NCBI GenBank assembly: GCA_030648395.1
Contig: JAUSHW010000185.1
Location: forward strand, 1 to 40,797
Length of the DNA: 40,797 nucleotides
Source: Nitrospirales bacterium
GTDB lineage: Bacteria > Nitrospirota > Nitrospiria > Nitrospirales > NS-4
Reading direction: 5' to 3'
Shown here: positions 30,244 through 40,797 of the stretch, one piece after another
Numbering within the stretch: the stretch's first letter is position 1
Layout of the letters: every line of letters begins with the position of its first letter
Notes under the pieces: model-generated
What the model saw: only the letters and a program-made list of their open reading frames with translations
Told to the model about the DNA's origin: nothing
Databases searched by the model: none
Position numbers and translations under genes: made by a program

Positions 30244-31554
30244 TCACGTCCGCCCGCGAAGGCGGCCTTTCTCCAAAAATCCTTCGTAGTTCCGCATAAG
30301 CATATGCGACTCAATTTGCTGCGCCGTATCTAACCCTACTCCGACGGTAATCAAAAGCGAGGTCCCGCCAAAATAAAACGGCACCCCAAGCTTGTAGATC
30401 AAAATCTCCGGGATGATACATACGCCTGCGAGATAGAGCGACCCTGCAAAAGTGACACGATTAAGCACGCGATAAATATAATCAGAAGTGCGTTGACCAG
30501 GCCGAATGCCTGGAATAAATCCTCCATACTTTTTCATATTGTCAGAAATATCCACGGGGTTCAGCACGACCGCCGTATAGAAATAACAAAAAAAGACGAT
30601 CAGGCTGACGTACAGGATGGTGTACGTGACAGACCCCGGCGCCATCATAGATCCTAAATTCTGCACCCAAGGAATCTGAATGAAGCCTGCAATCGTTGCC
30701 GGAAACGCGATAATGGACGAAGCAAAAATCGGCGGGATCACGCCGGCTGTATTGATTTTGAGCGGTATATGCGTGCTCTGCCCGCCAAACACACGCCGCC
30801 CTACCACACGCTTCGCATATTGCACCGGAATTTTTCGTCGTCCAGTTTCCAGGAACACGATTGCCGCGATCACGCCGACCATCCCAGCGATGAGCACAAT
30901 CAGCCAAAACCCCGTCAACTGACCAATATCGAATAACTGGTACGTTTCCACTACTGCGTGCGGCAGGCGCGCCACGATCCCTGCAAAGATGATCAAAGAG
31001 ATGCCGTTGCCAATGCCGCGCTCGGTGATCTGCTCGCCCAGCCACATAAGAAACGCAGTGCCGGCCGTCAGGGTCAGTATTGTCATCAGACGGAATCCCC
31101 ATCCAGGGGACTGCACAAAAGCCCCGCGATTCATATTTTCTAGCCCGACGGCGATGCCGAACGATTGGATCAATCCAATCCCGATCGTTCCGAATCGGGT
31201 GTACTGAACAATCTTCTTCCGTCCGCGCTCTCCTTCCTTGGCCAGTTTCGTCAGGTGAGGGATCACCACCGTCAGCAGCTGGAGAATGATCGACGCGCTG
31301 ATATACGGCATGATGCCGAGCGCGAAAATCGTCAGCCGAGAAAGGGCCCCTCCGGAAAAGATATCAAGGAAGCCAAGCAGCGCACCGCCTTCCTTCAGCA
31401 GAAACTTCGCTAGCTCATCGTTATTGATACCGGGGGTCGGGATGTGCGCCCCAATGCGATAGACTGCCAACATCCCCAGCGTAAAAAGAACCCGATTACG
31501 CAGCTCAGGGATATTAAAGACATTCTTGATGTTGGTGATCAGCCGCTCAAGCAC
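30244..31554 (-). CDS. secY: Preprotein translocase SecY
   Basis: ALGIMPYISASII.QL, WLGEQIT..GIGNG.SL.IF, AGVIP.IFA, IPGIRPG, FGGTSLLI; GTG start at 31554. Confidence 0.97.
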   Translation of the reverse strand: MLERLITNIKNVFNIPELRNRVLFTLGMLAVYRIGAHIPTPGINNDELAKFLLKEGGALLGFLDIFSGGALSRLTIFALGIMPYISASIILQLLTVVIPHLTKLAKEGERGRKKIVQYTRFGTIGIGLIQSFGIAVGLENMNRGAFVQSPGWGFRLMTILTLTAGTAFLMWLGEQITERGIGNGISLIIFAGIVARLPHAVVETYQLFDIGQLTGFWLIVLIAGMVGVIAAIVFLETGRRKIPVQYAKRVVGRRVFGGQSTHIPLKINTAGVIPPIFASSIIAFPATIAGFIQIPWVQNLGSMMAPGSVTYTILYVSLIVFFCYFYTAVVLNPVDISDNMKKYGGFIPGIRPGQRTSDYIYRVLNRVTFAGSLYLAGVCIIPEILIYKLGVPFYFGGTSLLITVGVGLDTAQQIESHMLMRNYEGFLEKGRLRGRT

Positions 31555-31996
31555 CGCCCAACACCTCTGTCCTCCCCCCAGCGGCTTGAATCTTCGCAGT
31601 CGCTGACGCGCTGAATCGATGTGCCTTGATGTGGAACGGACGCGCAGGCGTCCCTTCACCCAGCACTTTAATTTTGGACTTCTGGCCGTGCACGAGACCC
31701 GCCTGAATCAGCGTCTCCGGCGTCACGTCCTGGGCGTCCGTGAGCCGGTTCAAATCCCTGATATTGACCACCACCCATTCCTGTTTGAAGATATTCGTAA
31801 AGCCCCGCTTAGGTACACGCCGCGTGAGAGGCATTTGCCCCCCCTCAAAACCAGGACGCTTCGCACCTCCTGATCTGGCCTTGAGTCCTTTGTGTCCACG
31901 GGTCGCCGTCTTCCCATGCCCCGAGCCGATCCCCCGACCAATTCGCTTCCGTCGCGTCCGTGATCCCGGCGCTGGCTTCAGTTCGTGAAGTCTCAT
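31547..31996 (-). CDS. rplO: 50S ribosomal protein L15
   Basis: GRG.GSG.GKT..RGHKG, FEGGQMPL.RR.PKRGF. Confidence 0.96.
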   Translation of the reverse strand: MRLHELKPAPGSRTRRKRIGRGIGSGHGKTATRGHKGLKARSGGAKRPGFEGGQMPLTRRVPKRGFTNIFKQEWVVVNIRDLNRLTDAQDVTPETLIQAGLVHGQKSKIKVLGEGTPARPFHIKAHRFSASATAKIQAAGGRTEVLGGA

Positions 31997-32208
31997 TTTG
32001 TCCCTTTTCCAGCGTCCTGAACATCCAACAGGTACGACAGTTTGTGCACCAATCCCTGCACTTGGGGCGTGTTAGGGCGAATGACCGTATGCCGGATCCG
32101 ACGAAGGCCGAGTCCGAGCAGAACGGTCCGATGCGCCCTCGGCGTCCCAATGGGACTCCGAACTAAAGTAATCGCAAGATTGCCTGAAGATTTCGCCTTA
32201 GTTCCCAT
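31993..32208 (-). CDS. rpmD: 50S ribosomal protein L30
   Basis: ITLVRS.IG, LGL.R...V, position between rpsE and rplO. Confidence 0.93.
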   Translation of the reverse strand: MGTKAKSSGNLAITLVRSPIGTPRAHRTVLLGLGLRRIRHTVIRPNTPQVQGLVHKLSYLLDVQDAGKGTK

Positions 32209-32214
32209 TATTAT

Positions 32215-32709
32215 TTATCCTGCCTGCGGAACCAGGGACTTGCGAATACGCAGAACTTCTTCCGGGTCACGCAATTGACTCAGTCCATCAAGAGTCGCAT
32301 GGACAACGTTGAAGGGGTTACCTCGCCCTAGCGTTTTCGCCACGATGTTGTGAATGCCCGACAGTTCAATGACGGCACGAACAGCCCCACCGGCTACGAT
32401 CCCCGTTCCAGCCGAGGCTGGCTTGAGCATCACATGCTCTGCGCCGAAATGCCCGCGAACCTCGTGCGGAATGGTGCCATTCTTGATCGACACGCGGACG
32501 AGTTGCTTCTTGGCATGCTTGACCGCCTTGGAAATGGCCTCGGGCACCTCTGCCGCCTTTCCCTTGCCAATCCCGACCCAGCCTTGCTCATCACCCACAA
32601 CCACCAGCGCAGTGAAGTTAAAACGTTTTCCGCCCTTCACCACTTTGGCCACGCGGTTGATAAAGACGACCTTGTCTTTCAAATTCAGTTCATCAGGATT
32701 AATTTTCAC
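32215..32709 (-). CDS. rpsE: 30S ribosomal protein S5
   Basis: NRVAKVVKGG.RF.F.ALVVVGD, PA..GTG..AGG. Confidence 0.97.
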   Translation of the reverse strand: MKINPDELNLKDKVVFINRVAKVVKGGKRFNFTALVVVGDEQGWVGIGKGKAAEVPEAISKAVKHAKKQLVRVSIKNGTIPHEVRGHFGAEHVMLKPASAGTGIVAGGAVRAVIELSGIHNIVAKTLGRGNPFNVVHATLDGLSQLRDPEEVLRIRKSLVPQAG

Positions 32710-32726
32710 GTCGGCCTCGTTCCCTT

Positions 32727-33095
32727 CTAAAACTTCAACCCTTTTTCCCGAGATGCTTCAGCCAACGCCTTGATTCGCCCATGGAAACGATACCCGCCCC
32801 GGTCAAACACAACCGCCTTAAGGTTGACCTTCAACGCCCGTTCAGCGACTAACCGTCCGACAGCCACGGCAGCGGCAAGGTTTGCCCCTGACTTCAACTT
32901 GCCTTTAATCTCTTTATCCAGGGTCGACGCACTCACCAATGTCTTTCCGGTGGTGTCGTCAATGACCTGAGCGTAGAGATGCGCGTTACTCCTGAAGACA
33001 TTCATCCGCGGGCGATCAGGAGTTCCATATACTCGGAGCCTGACTCGGTGATGCCGACGAACCCGACTTCGTTCACGTTTGCTCGCATCCAACAT
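32727..33095 (-). CDS. rplR: 50S ribosomal protein L18
   Basis: RPR..VFRS, YAQVIDD, FDRGGY.FHGR. Confidence 0.96.
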   Translation of the reverse strand: MLDASKRERSRVRRHHRVRLRVYGTPDRPRMNVFRSNAHLYAQVIDDTTGKTLVSASTLDKEIKGKLKSGANLAAAVAVGRLVAERALKVNLKAVVFDRGGYRFHGRIKALAEASREKGLKF

Positions 33096-33102
33096 GGTCA
33101 GC

Positions 33103-33639
33103 CTATTTCCCCGTCTTGCCTTCCTTACGGATTAAAGTTTCACCAGCGTATTTAATGCCCTTGGCCTTGTATACGTCTGGCTTTTTCAAAGCTCGAATGT
33201 TCGCGGCCGTTTGGCCGACAAGAGCTTTGTCCCTCCCTTTGATCGTCACAGTCGTCTGCTTATCAACCTTCGCATCAATGCCATCAGGGAGAGGGAATTC
33301 TATGGCATGGGTATAGCCCAGATTGAAACTAATGGTCCGGCCTGACAGATTGGCCTTGTAGCCCACGCCACTAATTTCCAGGATGCGCTCAAAGCCCTCT
33401 GTCACGCCCTGAACCATGTTGTAAATCTCGTTGCGCATGAGGCCATGGAGCGCTCGTTGATGACGCCCTTCGGAAGCACGGCGAACCTCCACCTGCCCAT
33501 TTGTCACAGCCACGGCAATCTCGGGAGGAACAACTCGCATCAAGCTTCCCAGTGGCCCCTTCACCGAAACTCGATGACCATCAACCGTAACTTCAACCTT
33601 ACCGGGAACTAGTATGGGTTTTTTTCCAATACGTGACAT
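33103..33639 (-). CDS. rplF: 50S ribosomal protein L6
   Basis: MSRIGK.P, KGP.G, GVGY.A, P..YK.KGI. Confidence 0.96.
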   Translation of the reverse strand: MSRIGKKPILVPGKVEVTVDGHRVSVKGPLGSLMRVVPPEIAVAVTNGQVEVRRASEGRHQRALHGLMRNEIYNMVQGVTEGFERILEISGVGYKANLSGRTISFNLGYTHAIEFPLPDGIDAKVDKQTTVTIKGRDKALVGQTAANIRALKKPDVYKAKGIKYAGETLIRKEGKTGK

Positions 33640-33656
33640 CGTATGACCTTGCCTGC

Positions 33657-34055
33657 TTACCAGACGTTACACACGACTTCGCCGCCGATCATCTGGGCGC
33701 GAGAGTCTGTGCCAGTCATCACCCCTTTGGGTGTCGAGAGAATGGTAATCCCCATCCCGCCCATTACATGCGGAATGCGTGAATGCCGCACATACACCCG
33801 CTTGCCAGGCTTGCTGATCCGTCGAATTCCGGTGATCATGGGAACTTCGTCATCCTGATAACGGAGGTGCAAACGGAGCACCGGATGGCCGCCCTCGGTC
33901 ACGCGATCGACAGCCTGGATAAACCCTTCCTTTTGCAGAACACGGGCGATCTCCGCTTTCAATTTTGACGCCGGCATCTGCACCACGGCGTGTCGGCGCC
34001 TGACCGCATTGAAAATACGGTTGAACATATCGGCCAACGGATCAGTCATTGCCAT
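33657..34055 (-). CDS. rpsH: 30S ribosomal protein S8
   Basis: DP.ADM..RI.N, RISKPG.RVY, ST.KGV, GGEV. Confidence 0.96.
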   Translation of the reverse strand: MAMTDPLADMFNRIFNAVRRRHAVVQMPASKLKAEIARVLQKEGFIQAVDRVTEGGHPVLRLHLRYQDDEVPMITGIRRISKPGKRVYVRHSRIPHVMGGMGITILSTPKGVMTGTDSRAQMIGGEVVCNVW

Positions 34056-34059
34056 GGTA

Positions 34060-34245
34060 TCACCAACTCGATTTCGTAACTCCGGGGATTTCTCCCCGAA
34101 GGCTGAGAAACCTGAAACAAATGCGACAGAGCCTGAACTTTCGCAGAAATCCTCTGACCCGGCCGCAATTAGGGCAACGGTTATACGCCCGTGTTGTGAA
34201 CTTGGGGGTAATTTTAACTTTTAATCGAAGAGCCAATCGGGACAC
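34060..34245 (-). CDS. rpsN: 30S ribosomal protein S14, short zinc-binding type
   Basis: 61 aa, [23 protein letters not shown]. Confidence 0.95.
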   Translation of the reverse strand: MSRLALRLKVKITPKFTTRAYNRCPNCGRVRGFLRKFRLCRICFRFLSLRGEIPGVTKSSW

Positions 34246-34268
34246 AGTCCTGAGACCTCCTATTCAGA

Positions 34269-34910
34269 TCAGATTCGGTAGGGGACGCCTAAGTGTTTCA
34301 AGAGCGCCTTCCCTTCATCGTTGGTCGTGGCGGTGGTCACAATCGTGATATCCATCCCATGGATGGATTCTACCGCATCATATTTGATTTCCGGAAAGAT
34401 CAACTGCTCCTTCAGACCTAAGGTGTAGTTGCCGCGTCCGTCGAATGACTTCGGCGACACCCCTTTGAAGTCACGAATACGAGGGAGCGCGGCGGTGATC
34501 AGTCGATCCAAAAACTCATACATGCGGCGGCCACGCAGCGTGACCTTTGCTCCAATCGGCAGCCCTTTCCTGAGCTTAAAATTAGCGATGGCCTTGCGCG
34601 CCTTTGTCACCACCGGACGCTGCCCCGTAATGATGCCCAGCTCCTTCACCGCAGAATCGAGCAATTTGGCGTTCTGTGTCGCCTCTCCCATCCCGACGTT
34701 GAGCACAATGCACTCAAGCCGTGGCACCTGCATCAGATTGCCGTACGAAAACTCCTTCATAAGGGCTGGAACTACTTTCTTCTGGTAATGCTCATGAAGC
34801 CTAACAGAACCTTTCGGCTCAGGCGCGGCTTTACCCTGCTTGCTTTCGGGCACCAGCGCCGACTTGGGGGCAGGCTTCGCGACAGATTTCTTCTCAGGCT
34901 TCGCCATCAT
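34269..34910 (-). CDS. rplE: 50S ribosomal protein L5 with N-terminal extension
   Basis: ITGQ.P, F.LR.G..IG.KVTLR, LPRIRDF.G, FDGRGNY, FPEI; start ATG 34910 or 34907. Confidence 0.96.
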   Translation of the reverse strand: MMAKPEKKSVAKPAPKSALVPESKQGKAAPEPKGSVRLHEHYQKKVVPALMKEFSYGNLMQVPRLECIVLNVGMGEATQNAKLLDSAVKELGIITGQRPVVTKARKAIANFKLRKGLPIGAKVTLRGRRMYEFLDRLITAALPRIRDFKGVSPKSFDGRGNYTLGLKEQLIFPEIKYDAVESIHGMDITIVTTATTNDEGKALLKHLGVPYRI

Positions 34911-35290
34911 TACGCCCGTTCTGGAGATTCGATTAGTTGCTGGCATTTTTTGCACACGCGAACGCGGGACTTGTCAGTCATTGTCTTTGATCCCACCCGT
35001 ACGGGTTTTTGACACGTTGCGCAATAGATCATCACGTTCGAGATCTGAATCGGCGCTTCGCGCTCAAGAATTCCGCCCTGCCTGTTTTGCTGGTTAGGCT
35101 TGGTATGCCGTTTGATGATGTTGATCTTCTCAATTGTCACTTTCCGCTCGCGCAGGGACACCGACAGAACTTTCCCTGATTTTCCTCGATCCTTCCCTGC
35201 AATAACGACGACCGTGTCCCCTTTGCGTACCACGCATTTCGGCGGCACTGTGAGGACACGACTGGCGCTCAGCCAACCCGTTCGCCGCAT
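34910..35290 (-). CDS. rplX: 50S ribosomal protein L24
   Basis: KGD.V.VIAGKD.GK.G KOW motif, E.PI..SNV; start codon uncertain. Confidence 0.94.
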   Translation of the reverse strand: MRRTGWLSASRVLTVPPKCVVRKGDTVVVIAGKDRGKSGKVLSVSLRERKVTIEKINIIKRHTKPNQQNRQGGILEREAPIQISNVMIYCATCQKPVRVGSKTMTDKSRVRVCKKCQQLIESPERA

Positions 35291-35658
35291 CACAGCACCT
35301 CCGGCGCAAGCGAGATGATCTTCATGTACTTTTTCCAGCGCAGTTCGCGAGCCACGGGGCCGAAGATTCGTGTGCCCACCGGTTCGCCCTGGGCATTGAT
35401 TAGCACACAGGCATTACGATCAAACTTGATGTATGAACCATCATCCCTACGAAATCCTTTGGTCGTTCGAACAATTACCGCCTTGCTGATTTCCCCTTTT
35501 TTGACCGTTGCCTGCGGGATCGCCTCTTTGACTGTTACCATGATGACATCGCCCAAGCCCCCATACCGGCGCTTCGTGCCACCATACACGTGGAAGCACA
35601 TGACCTTCTTGGCGCCAGAATTATCGGCCACATCCAATCTGGAATAAATTTGAATCAT
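35290..35658 (-). CDS. rplN: 50S ribosomal protein L14
   Basis: [27 protein letters not shown]. Confidence 0.97.
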   Translation of the reverse strand: MIQIYSRLDVADNSGAKKVMCFHVYGGTKRRYGGLGDVIMVTVKEAIPQATVKKGEISKAVIVRTTKGFRRDDGSYIKFDRNACVLINAQGEPVGTRIFGPVARELRWKKYMKIISLAPEVL

Positions 35659-35933
35659 CGCGCCCGGGCCTTTTCCACGACTTCTAAAACTCGGAAGTGC
35701 TTACCTTTGCTGAGCGGACGAGTCTCTGCCAGCCTCACATGGTCGCCGATCCGGCACTCATTCTTTTCATCATGTGCCATCAGCCTGGTTACACGACGAA
35801 GCACCTTTCCGTAGCGGCCATGTCGCACCAACCGTTTCACAACCACGACTATGGTCTTTTGCATCTTATTGCTCACCACTTCCCCAACGAACTCACGGCG
35901 GTGAGCCGGCTTGGTCTGTCCCGCTTGATTCAT
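35655..35933 (-). CDS. rpsQ: 30S ribosomal protein S17
   Basis: G.VVS.KM.KT.VV, H..YGK, AHDE, ETRPLSK. Confidence 0.96.
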   Translation of the reverse strand: MNQAGQTKPAHRREFVGEVVSNKMQKTIVVVVKRLVRHGRYGKVLRRVTRLMAHDEKNECRIGDHVRLAETRPLSKGKHFRVLEVVEKARAR

Positions 35934-36166
35934 GCTTTCACGGCCGAACGTTGTCCGGCTTCGCCTTTCTGCTTCTCTCGGAGAATCGTCTTGACGCGGG
36001 CAATTTCCCGACGCGTCTGTTTGATTTTTGCCGGGCTTTCAGCCCGGCCGGCCACTAATTGAAAACGAAGATTAAATAATTCCTTCTTTAGATCCAGCGT
36101 CTTTTCACCCAATTCAATGGCCGTCAAGCCACGGAGATTCTTCACATGGAGCGCATGCGTCTCCAT
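35930..36166 (-). CDS. rpmC: 50S ribosomal protein L29
   Basis: [15 protein letters not shown]. Confidence 0.94.
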   Translation of the reverse strand: METHALHVKNLRGLTAIELGEKTLDLKKELFNLRFQLVAGRAESPAKIKQTRREIARVKTILREKQKGEAGQRSAVKA

Positions 36167-36582
36167 CAGATGCCTCCGCCTCGTGCAACGAAAACAGTCG
36201 CTACGGGAAGTTTGTGGGCTGCCAACCGAAACGCCTCCTTGGCCACATCCAGGGTCACACCGTCCATTTCGTATAAAATCCGCCCCGGTTTCACTACAGC
36301 GACCCAGTATTCAGGATTCCCTTTCCCTTTTCCCATCCGTGTTTCAGCCGGCTTTTTAGTGATTGGCTTGTCAGGGAAAATACGCACCCACACGCGCCCT
36401 CCGCGCTTGACATGGCGGGTCATCGCAATCCGGGCCGCTTCAATCTGTCGGTTCGTCACCCATCCTGGTTCGAGCGTCTTGAGTCCATATTCTCCAAGCG
36501 TCACCTGAGAGCCGCGATAGGCCTTGCCACTCATACGCCCTTTATGCATCTTGCGATGTTTGACTTTTTTAGGAGCAAGCAC
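36166..36582 (-). CDS. rplP: 50S ribosomal protein L16
   Basis: QIEAAR, IFPDKP.T.KP.E.RMG.GKG. Confidence 0.97.
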   Translation of the reverse strand: MLAPKKVKHRKMHKGRMSGKAYRGSQVTLGEYGLKTLEPGWVTNRQIEAARIAMTRHVKRGGRVWVRIFPDKPITKKPAETRMGKGKGNPEYWVAVVKPGRILYEMDGVTLDVAKEAFRLAAHKLPVATVFVARGGGI

Positions 36583-36591
36583 GAGATCCTC

Positions 36592-37260
36592 CTACCGCCG
36601 TTCCGCCTCCCCCGTCCTTTTCCCTTGCTGGACGGGGGGAAGTATTTCACCCTTGTATATCCATGCCTTAATGCCGATTTGGCCCATGGTCGTGTGCGCT
36701 TCGGCAAATCCATAGTCGATATCTGCACGAAGTGTATGTAGCGGCACGCGACCTTGCAGATACCATTCGGTCCGGGCAATCTCGGCCCCCGCCAGCCTGC
36801 CAGAACACCTGATTTTGATTCCTTGGGCACCCAACCGAAGAGCCGACGCCACACTGCGCTTCATTGCCCGGCGAAACGCCACGCGTTTTTCGAGCTGTAC
36901 GGCGATATTTTCAGTGACAAGCTGTGCGTCCAGTTCGGGCTTTTTGATTTCCTTGATCGTGATATACACTTGACGGCTCAAGGTCTTTTCGAGATCAGTT
37001 TTGAGCTTGTCGACCTCGGCTCCTTTACGACCAATGATGATACCGGGCCTGGCGGTATGAATAAGGATTGTCACTTGATCTCCGGATCGTTCAATCTCGA
37101 CCTTCGAGACGCCTGCATGATAAAGCTTGCTCTTGACCATCTTGCGGACACGAATATCTTCGTGAAGCATTTTGGCGTAATCACGATCGGCATACCAACG
37201 AGAACTCCATGGCTTGACGTAGCCAAGCCGCAACCCGATCGGATGTGATTTCTGGCCCAT
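36592..37260 (-). CDS. rpsC: 30S ribosomal protein S3
   Basis: [37 protein letters not shown]. Confidence 0.97.
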   Translation of the reverse strand: MGQKSHPIGLRLGYVKPWSSRWYADRDYAKMLHEDIRVRKMVKSKLYHAGVSKVEIERSGDQVTILIHTARPGIIIGRKGAEVDKLKTDLEKTLSRQVYITIKEIKKPELDAQLVTENIAVQLEKRVAFRRAMKRSVASALRLGAQGIKIRCSGRLAGAEIARTEWYLQGRVPLHTLRADIDYGFAEAHTTMGQIGIKAWIYKGEILPPVQQGKRTGEAERR

Positions 37261-37264
37261 TCAG

Positions 37265-37636
37265 TTAGTCCCTTGGTTTCTTGGTAGCCTTGGCCTCGAT
37301 CGACGCCACGGCGATAGTGATATGGCTCATCCGCTTGTGAATCGAGAACGCGCGTCCTTGCGCACGTGGCTGGAACCTTTTGAGCGTCGGACCGACATCC
37401 ACATAAGCTTGGCTCACGCGTAACTCATTAGCGTCACCGATCTCCTTGCCAGCCTGCTGACCGTTGGCTACTGCCGAAAGCAGTACTTTCTGCACCACCC
37501 GAGCGGCAGCGCGGGGAGTGAACTTCAATAGCGCGAGGGCATCAACTACTGGACACCCGCGGATCAAATCAACAACGGGGCGGGCCTTCCTTGGCGCCAC
37601 CCGCACGTACCGCAATGTTGCACTCGCTTCAGCCAT
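37265..37636 (-). CDS. rplV: 50S ribosomal protein L22
   Basis: PRK.R.V.DLIRG, SA.AN, PRA.GRA..I.KR.SHIT. Confidence 0.96.
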   Translation of the reverse strand: MAEASATLRYVRVAPRKARPVVDLIRGCPVVDALALLKFTPRAAARVVQKVLLSAVANGQQAGKEIGDANELRVSQAYVDVGPTLKRFQPRAQGRAFSIHKRMSHITIAVASIEAKATKKPRD

Positions 37637-37648
37637 ACAGTCTTGCCT

Positions 37649-37936
37649 TTACTTCAGCGCCACAGCTTTTTCACTTTTGGCGGCGCCATGCCCCTTGAAA
37701 AACCGGGTAGGGGAAAATTCGCCCAACTTGTGACCGACCATATTCTCAGTGATATAAATGGGGATGAACTTTTTCCCGTTATGAATGGCCAGGGTGTGTC
37801 CGATCATCTCCGGGACAATCGTGGACCGACGTGACCACGTCTTGAGAATTTTCTTCTCCCCGCTTGTGTTCATGCTCTCAACCCGGCCAAGCAACCGGGC
37901 ATCAATGAAAGGACCTTTAGAGACTGAACGCGGCAT
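37649..37936 (-). CDS. rpsS: 30S ribosomal protein S19
   Basis: [23 protein letters not shown]. Confidence 0.97.
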   Translation of the reverse strand: MPRSVSKGPFIDARLLGRVESMNTSGEKKILKTWSRRSTIVPEMIGHTLAIHNGKKFIPIYITENMVGHKLGEFSPTRFFKGHGAAKSEKAVALK

Positions 37937-37965
37937 GGACTTCCTTCAGTTAAGCGCGAGCCGTT

Positions 37966-38793
37966 CTATTTCTTGCGTCGCGAGATGATAAATTTCCCTG
38001 TACGCTTGGTGCGTCGGGTCTTGTAGCCCTTGGCTTTCTGCCCCCAAGGACTCACCGGATGCGGATTGCCTGCGCCTGACTTTCCTTCTCCTCCACCATG
38101 AGGATGGTCGACCGGGTTCATAACCACCCCTCGAACATGCGGCCGACGCCCTTTCCACCGCTGGCGTCCAGCCTTTCCGATCGTGACATTCTCGTGATCA
38201 GCGTTGCCGACTTGCCCCACGGTTGCCTGGCAAGTTGCAAGGATCTTCCGCATCTCGCCAGACTTCAGGCGGACTTGGATATAGAGCCCGTCCTTGCCCA
38301 TGACTTGAGCCGAGGCACCCGCTCCGCGGATCAATTGCCCCCCCCGACCAGGCTTGAGTTCAATATTATGAACGATGGTCCCCGTCGGCATGCTCAGAAG
38401 TGGAAGCGCATTGCCCACCCGCACCTCCGCATCCACGCCTGATTGCAAGACGTCTCCGATTTTCAAACCAGCTGGAGCCAAAATGTACCGTTTCTCACCA
38501 TCGGCATAATGCAGCAACGCAATTCGTGCCGAACGGTAGGGGTCGTATTCTATAGAGCAAACGCGTGCCGCGATGCCCGACTTATCACGTTTGAAATCCA
38601 CGCGCCGGTACATCCGTTTGTGCCCACCCCCACGAAAACGGACAGATATACGGCCCTGGCTGTTTCGGCCTCCTGAGCTTTTGATGAATTCCAGTAGCGC
38701 CTTTTCAGGTTTTCCAACAGACAAGTCATCGTTGGTCAACACTGTCATCTGACGACGCGAGGGAGAAGTTGGACGAAAACTCTTGATACCCAT
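37966..38793 (-). CDS. rplB: 50S ribosomal protein L2
   Basis: [29 protein letters not shown]. Confidence 0.97.
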   Translation of the reverse strand: MGIKSFRPTSPSRRQMTVLTNDDLSVGKPEKALLEFIKSSGGRNSQGRISVRFRGGGHKRMYRRVDFKRDKSGIAARVCSIEYDPYRSARIALLHYADGEKRYILAPAGLKIGDVLQSGVDAEVRVGNALPLLSMPTGTIVHNIELKPGRGGQLIRGAGASAQVMGKDGLYIQVRLKSGEMRKILATCQATVGQVGNADHENVTIGKAGRQRWKGRRPHVRGVVMNPVDHPHGGGEGKSGAGNPHPVSPWGQKAKGYKTRRTKRTGKFIISRRKK

Positions 38794-39086
38794 TAGACGC
38801 CCTCAAAGATCTCCAGCTTTTCACCAGGCTTTAACGTCACAATCGCCTTCTTCCAATCAGGCTTCTTGCCAGCCATCCGCCCAATGCGGCGAACCTTGCC
38901 GCCGACATTCATGACATTGACTTTCTCTACCTTCGCATTCAGCGCCAGTTCGGTCGCTTTTTTGATCTCAACCTTGTTGGCGTCAGCCCTAACAAGAAGG
39001 CCTATTTTATGCTGACTTTCACGCATTTCCGTCAATTTTTCAGTCAAAAGCGGACGAATAATGATATCGCGCGCGTTGCGGGTCAT
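38793..39086 (-). CDS. rplW: 50S ribosomal protein L23
   Basis: P..TEK, ANK.EIK, WKKA.V.L. Confidence 0.95.
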   Translation of the reverse strand: MTRNARDIIIRPLLTEKLTEMRESQHKIGLLVRADANKVEIKKATELALNAKVEKVNVMNVGGKVRRIGRMAGKKPDWKKAIVTLKPGEKLEIFEGV

Positions 39087-39706
39087 GCGAAAGCCTCTTC
39101 AATCCTCGACAAATCACGTCGCGTGATCAGAACGGCGTCGTGCACAAGTAAGTCGCGAACATTAACGCCTTCGGGAGCAATAACCGTCACGTCAGGTATA
39201 TTTCTCGCAGCACGGCGAAGCCGATCTTGATCGCCTCCGGCTACGATCAACGTCCTGCCGGCAAGGCCTAGAACCTTCAACATCAACGCGATTGACTTGG
39301 TTTTGCCGTCGGGCTGAGGAAAATCTTCCAAAACAAGCAGCCCCCCTTCACGAACTTTCACAGACAAGGCCGACCTCACAGCCCCGCGCGTTTTCTTCTT
39401 TGGCATCGTATATCCATAGTCGCGTGGCAGCGGTCCAAATACGATCCCTCCGTGCCGCCACAGCGGCGACCGAATCGACCCCGCCCGAGCCCGACCAGTG
39501 TGCTTCTGCTTGTAAGGCTTCTTCCCGCTTCCGCTAACCAGACCACGTGTTTTGGTGGACGCCGTGCCCTGGCGCAGGCCAGCCTGCTGCTGAAGGACAA
39601 CCTCATGCAGGACAGGCCCGTTCACTTCAGCCCCGAAAACATCGGAGCGAAGCTCAATAACTCCCACCTTGCGACGATTCAAGTCAATGACATCAATCGT
39701 GGGCAT
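39083..39706 (-). CDS. rplD: 50S ribosomal protein L4
   Basis: RQGT..TK.R..VSG.GKKP..QK.TGRAR.GS.RSP. Confidence 0.96.
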   Translation of the reverse strand: MPTIDVIDLNRRKVGVIELRSDVFGAEVNGPVLHEVVLQQQAGLRQGTASTKTRGLVSGSGKKPYKQKHTGRARAGSIRSPLWRHGGIVFGPLPRDYGYTMPKKKTRGAVRSALSVKVREGGLLVLEDFPQPDGKTKSIALMLKVLGLAGRTLIVAGGDQDRLRRAARNIPDVTVIAPEGVNVRDLLVHDAVLITRRDLSRIEEAFA

Positions 39707-39718
39707 AAAACACTACTC

Positions 39719-40345
39719 CTAGGAAGCCTTCACGGATTTCTTTATGACGACGAGACTGCCTCGTGCGCCAGGAATCGAGCCACGAACAAAAATGAGATGC
39801 TCCTCTGGCCGCACGTCAATAACTTGAAGCGCTTGAGTGGTCACCTTCACGCTTCCCATATGCCCCGCCATCCTCATGTTTTTCCAGACACGCGAAGGCG
39901 AGGAACTGCTGCCGATCGATCCGGGAGCCCTGTGAAACATCGATCCATGAGATCTCGGACCGCCATGAAAATGATGCCGCTTCATAACTCCCTGAAAGCC
40001 CTTGCCCTTCGACACGCCCGTGACATCCACAAGTTCGCCCTTTGCGAACAAACTCACCGTAATTGTCGAGCCGACTTGGGTGTCGTTGGAAGCGGGAAAC
40101 TCTCGAACATGCCTGAATACGGGAAGATTAGCTTTGGCAAAATGCCCCCTGGCTGGCTTCGACGCCTTCCGGTCAGGCAATTCAAGAAAAGCCAACTGAA
40201 CAGCGGCATACCCGTCCCGTTCCTTTGTCTTCACTTGTGATACCCGACAAGGGCCGGCCTCGATCACCGTAACCGGTACTGCTCGCCCGCCATCGAGAAA
40301 TAGCTGGGTCATCCCAAGCTTCTGCCCCATCAAGCCGGTGGTCAT
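39719..40345 (-). CDS. rplC: 50S ribosomal protein L3
   Basis: [28 protein letters not shown]. Confidence 0.96.
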   Translation of the reverse strand: MTTGLMGQKLGMTQLFLDGGRAVPVTVIEAGPCRVSQVKTKERDGYAAVQLAFLELPDRKASKPARGHFAKANLPVFRHVREFPASNDTQVGSTITVSLFAKGELVDVTGVSKGKGFQGVMKRHHFHGGPRSHGSMFHRAPGSIGSSSSPSRVWKNMRMAGHMGSVKVTTQALQVIDVRPEEHLIFVRGSIPGARGSLVVIKKSVKAS

Positions 40346-40659
40346 AGCTTGATCTCCACATCCACTCCGGCCGCCAGGTTGAGTTTCATCAACGCATCCA
40401 TGGTCTCAGGCGTGGGCTCCATAATATCCATCAGTCGCTTGTAGGTTCGGATCTCAAACTGCTCGCGTGACTTCTTATCCGCATGAGTCGAGCGCTGAAC
40501 AGTCCACTTATTAATGCGGGTAGGCAATGGAATCGGCCCGACCACTTTGGCCCCCGTGCGCCTGACGGTTTCGACAATCTCCGAGACGGACTGGTCGAGC
40601 ACACGATAGTCAAAACTCTTGAGCCGAATGCGAATCCGTTGATCGAGCTTGATCGCCAT
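40342..40659 (-). CDS. rpsJ: 30S ribosomal protein S10
   Basis: IRIRLK.FD, GPIPLPT, SREQFE; start ATG 40659 after GAAGGGG. Confidence 0.96.
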   Translation of the reverse strand: MAIKLDQRIRIRLKSFDYRVLDQSVSEIVETVRRTGAKVVGPIPLPTRINKWTVQRSTHADKKSREQFEIRTYKRLMDIMEPTPETMDALMKLNLAAGVDVEIKL

Positions 40660-40678
40660 TATGCGTGACCCCTTCCCC

Positions 40679-40797
40679 TCACGCCAGGATTTCGGTGACG
40701 ATGCCAGAACCGACGGTTTTGCCGCCCTCGCGCACGGCAAACCGCAGCCCCTGGTCCATCGCGATCGGCGAGATCAGCTCCGCTGAAATCGCCACAT
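40679..40797 (-). CDS. tuf: Elongation factor Tu, C-terminal fragment (continues beyond the window)
   Basis: Manual translation ..[38 protein letters not shown]. Confidence 0.93.
   Translation of the reverse strand, partial: VAISAELISPIAMDQGLRFAVREGGKTVGSGIVTEILA

Overview
Every real gene in this window is on the minus strand. In transcription order (right to left) it holds: the 3' end of tuf; the complete S10-spc-alpha ribosomal superoperon (rpsJ to rplQ, with secY, adk, map, infA, rpmJ, rpoA); lptC-lptA-lptB-rpoN; a small stand-alone MerR-type HTH gene heading pilMNOPQ-aroC-aroB; and a ~14 kb nitrogen-assimilation block (GAF-GAF-ANTAR regulator, glutamine-dependent nadE, an uncharacterised beta-barrel protein, amtB-PII-glnD-glnA, a second amtB-PII, and a NifA-family GAF/sigma54 activator). 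The organism is a GC-rich diderm; Nitrospirota or a deltaproteobacteria-like lineage is my inference from gene order and protein style. The main observation is a probable RNA-level nitrogen control circuit. The nadE leader, just downstream of the ANTAR gene, has a sigma70 promoter and two tandem intrinsic terminators, each with its 5' arm overlapped by an ANTAR-like hexaloop hairpin carrying a non-canonical G1 loop. The second amtB leader has canonical AAUGGC ANTAR hairpins overlapping a third terminator. The last gene of the block, a NifA-like activator, has a TGT-N10-ACA site over its own stop codon. All structures were read by eye, with no folding software or database search.
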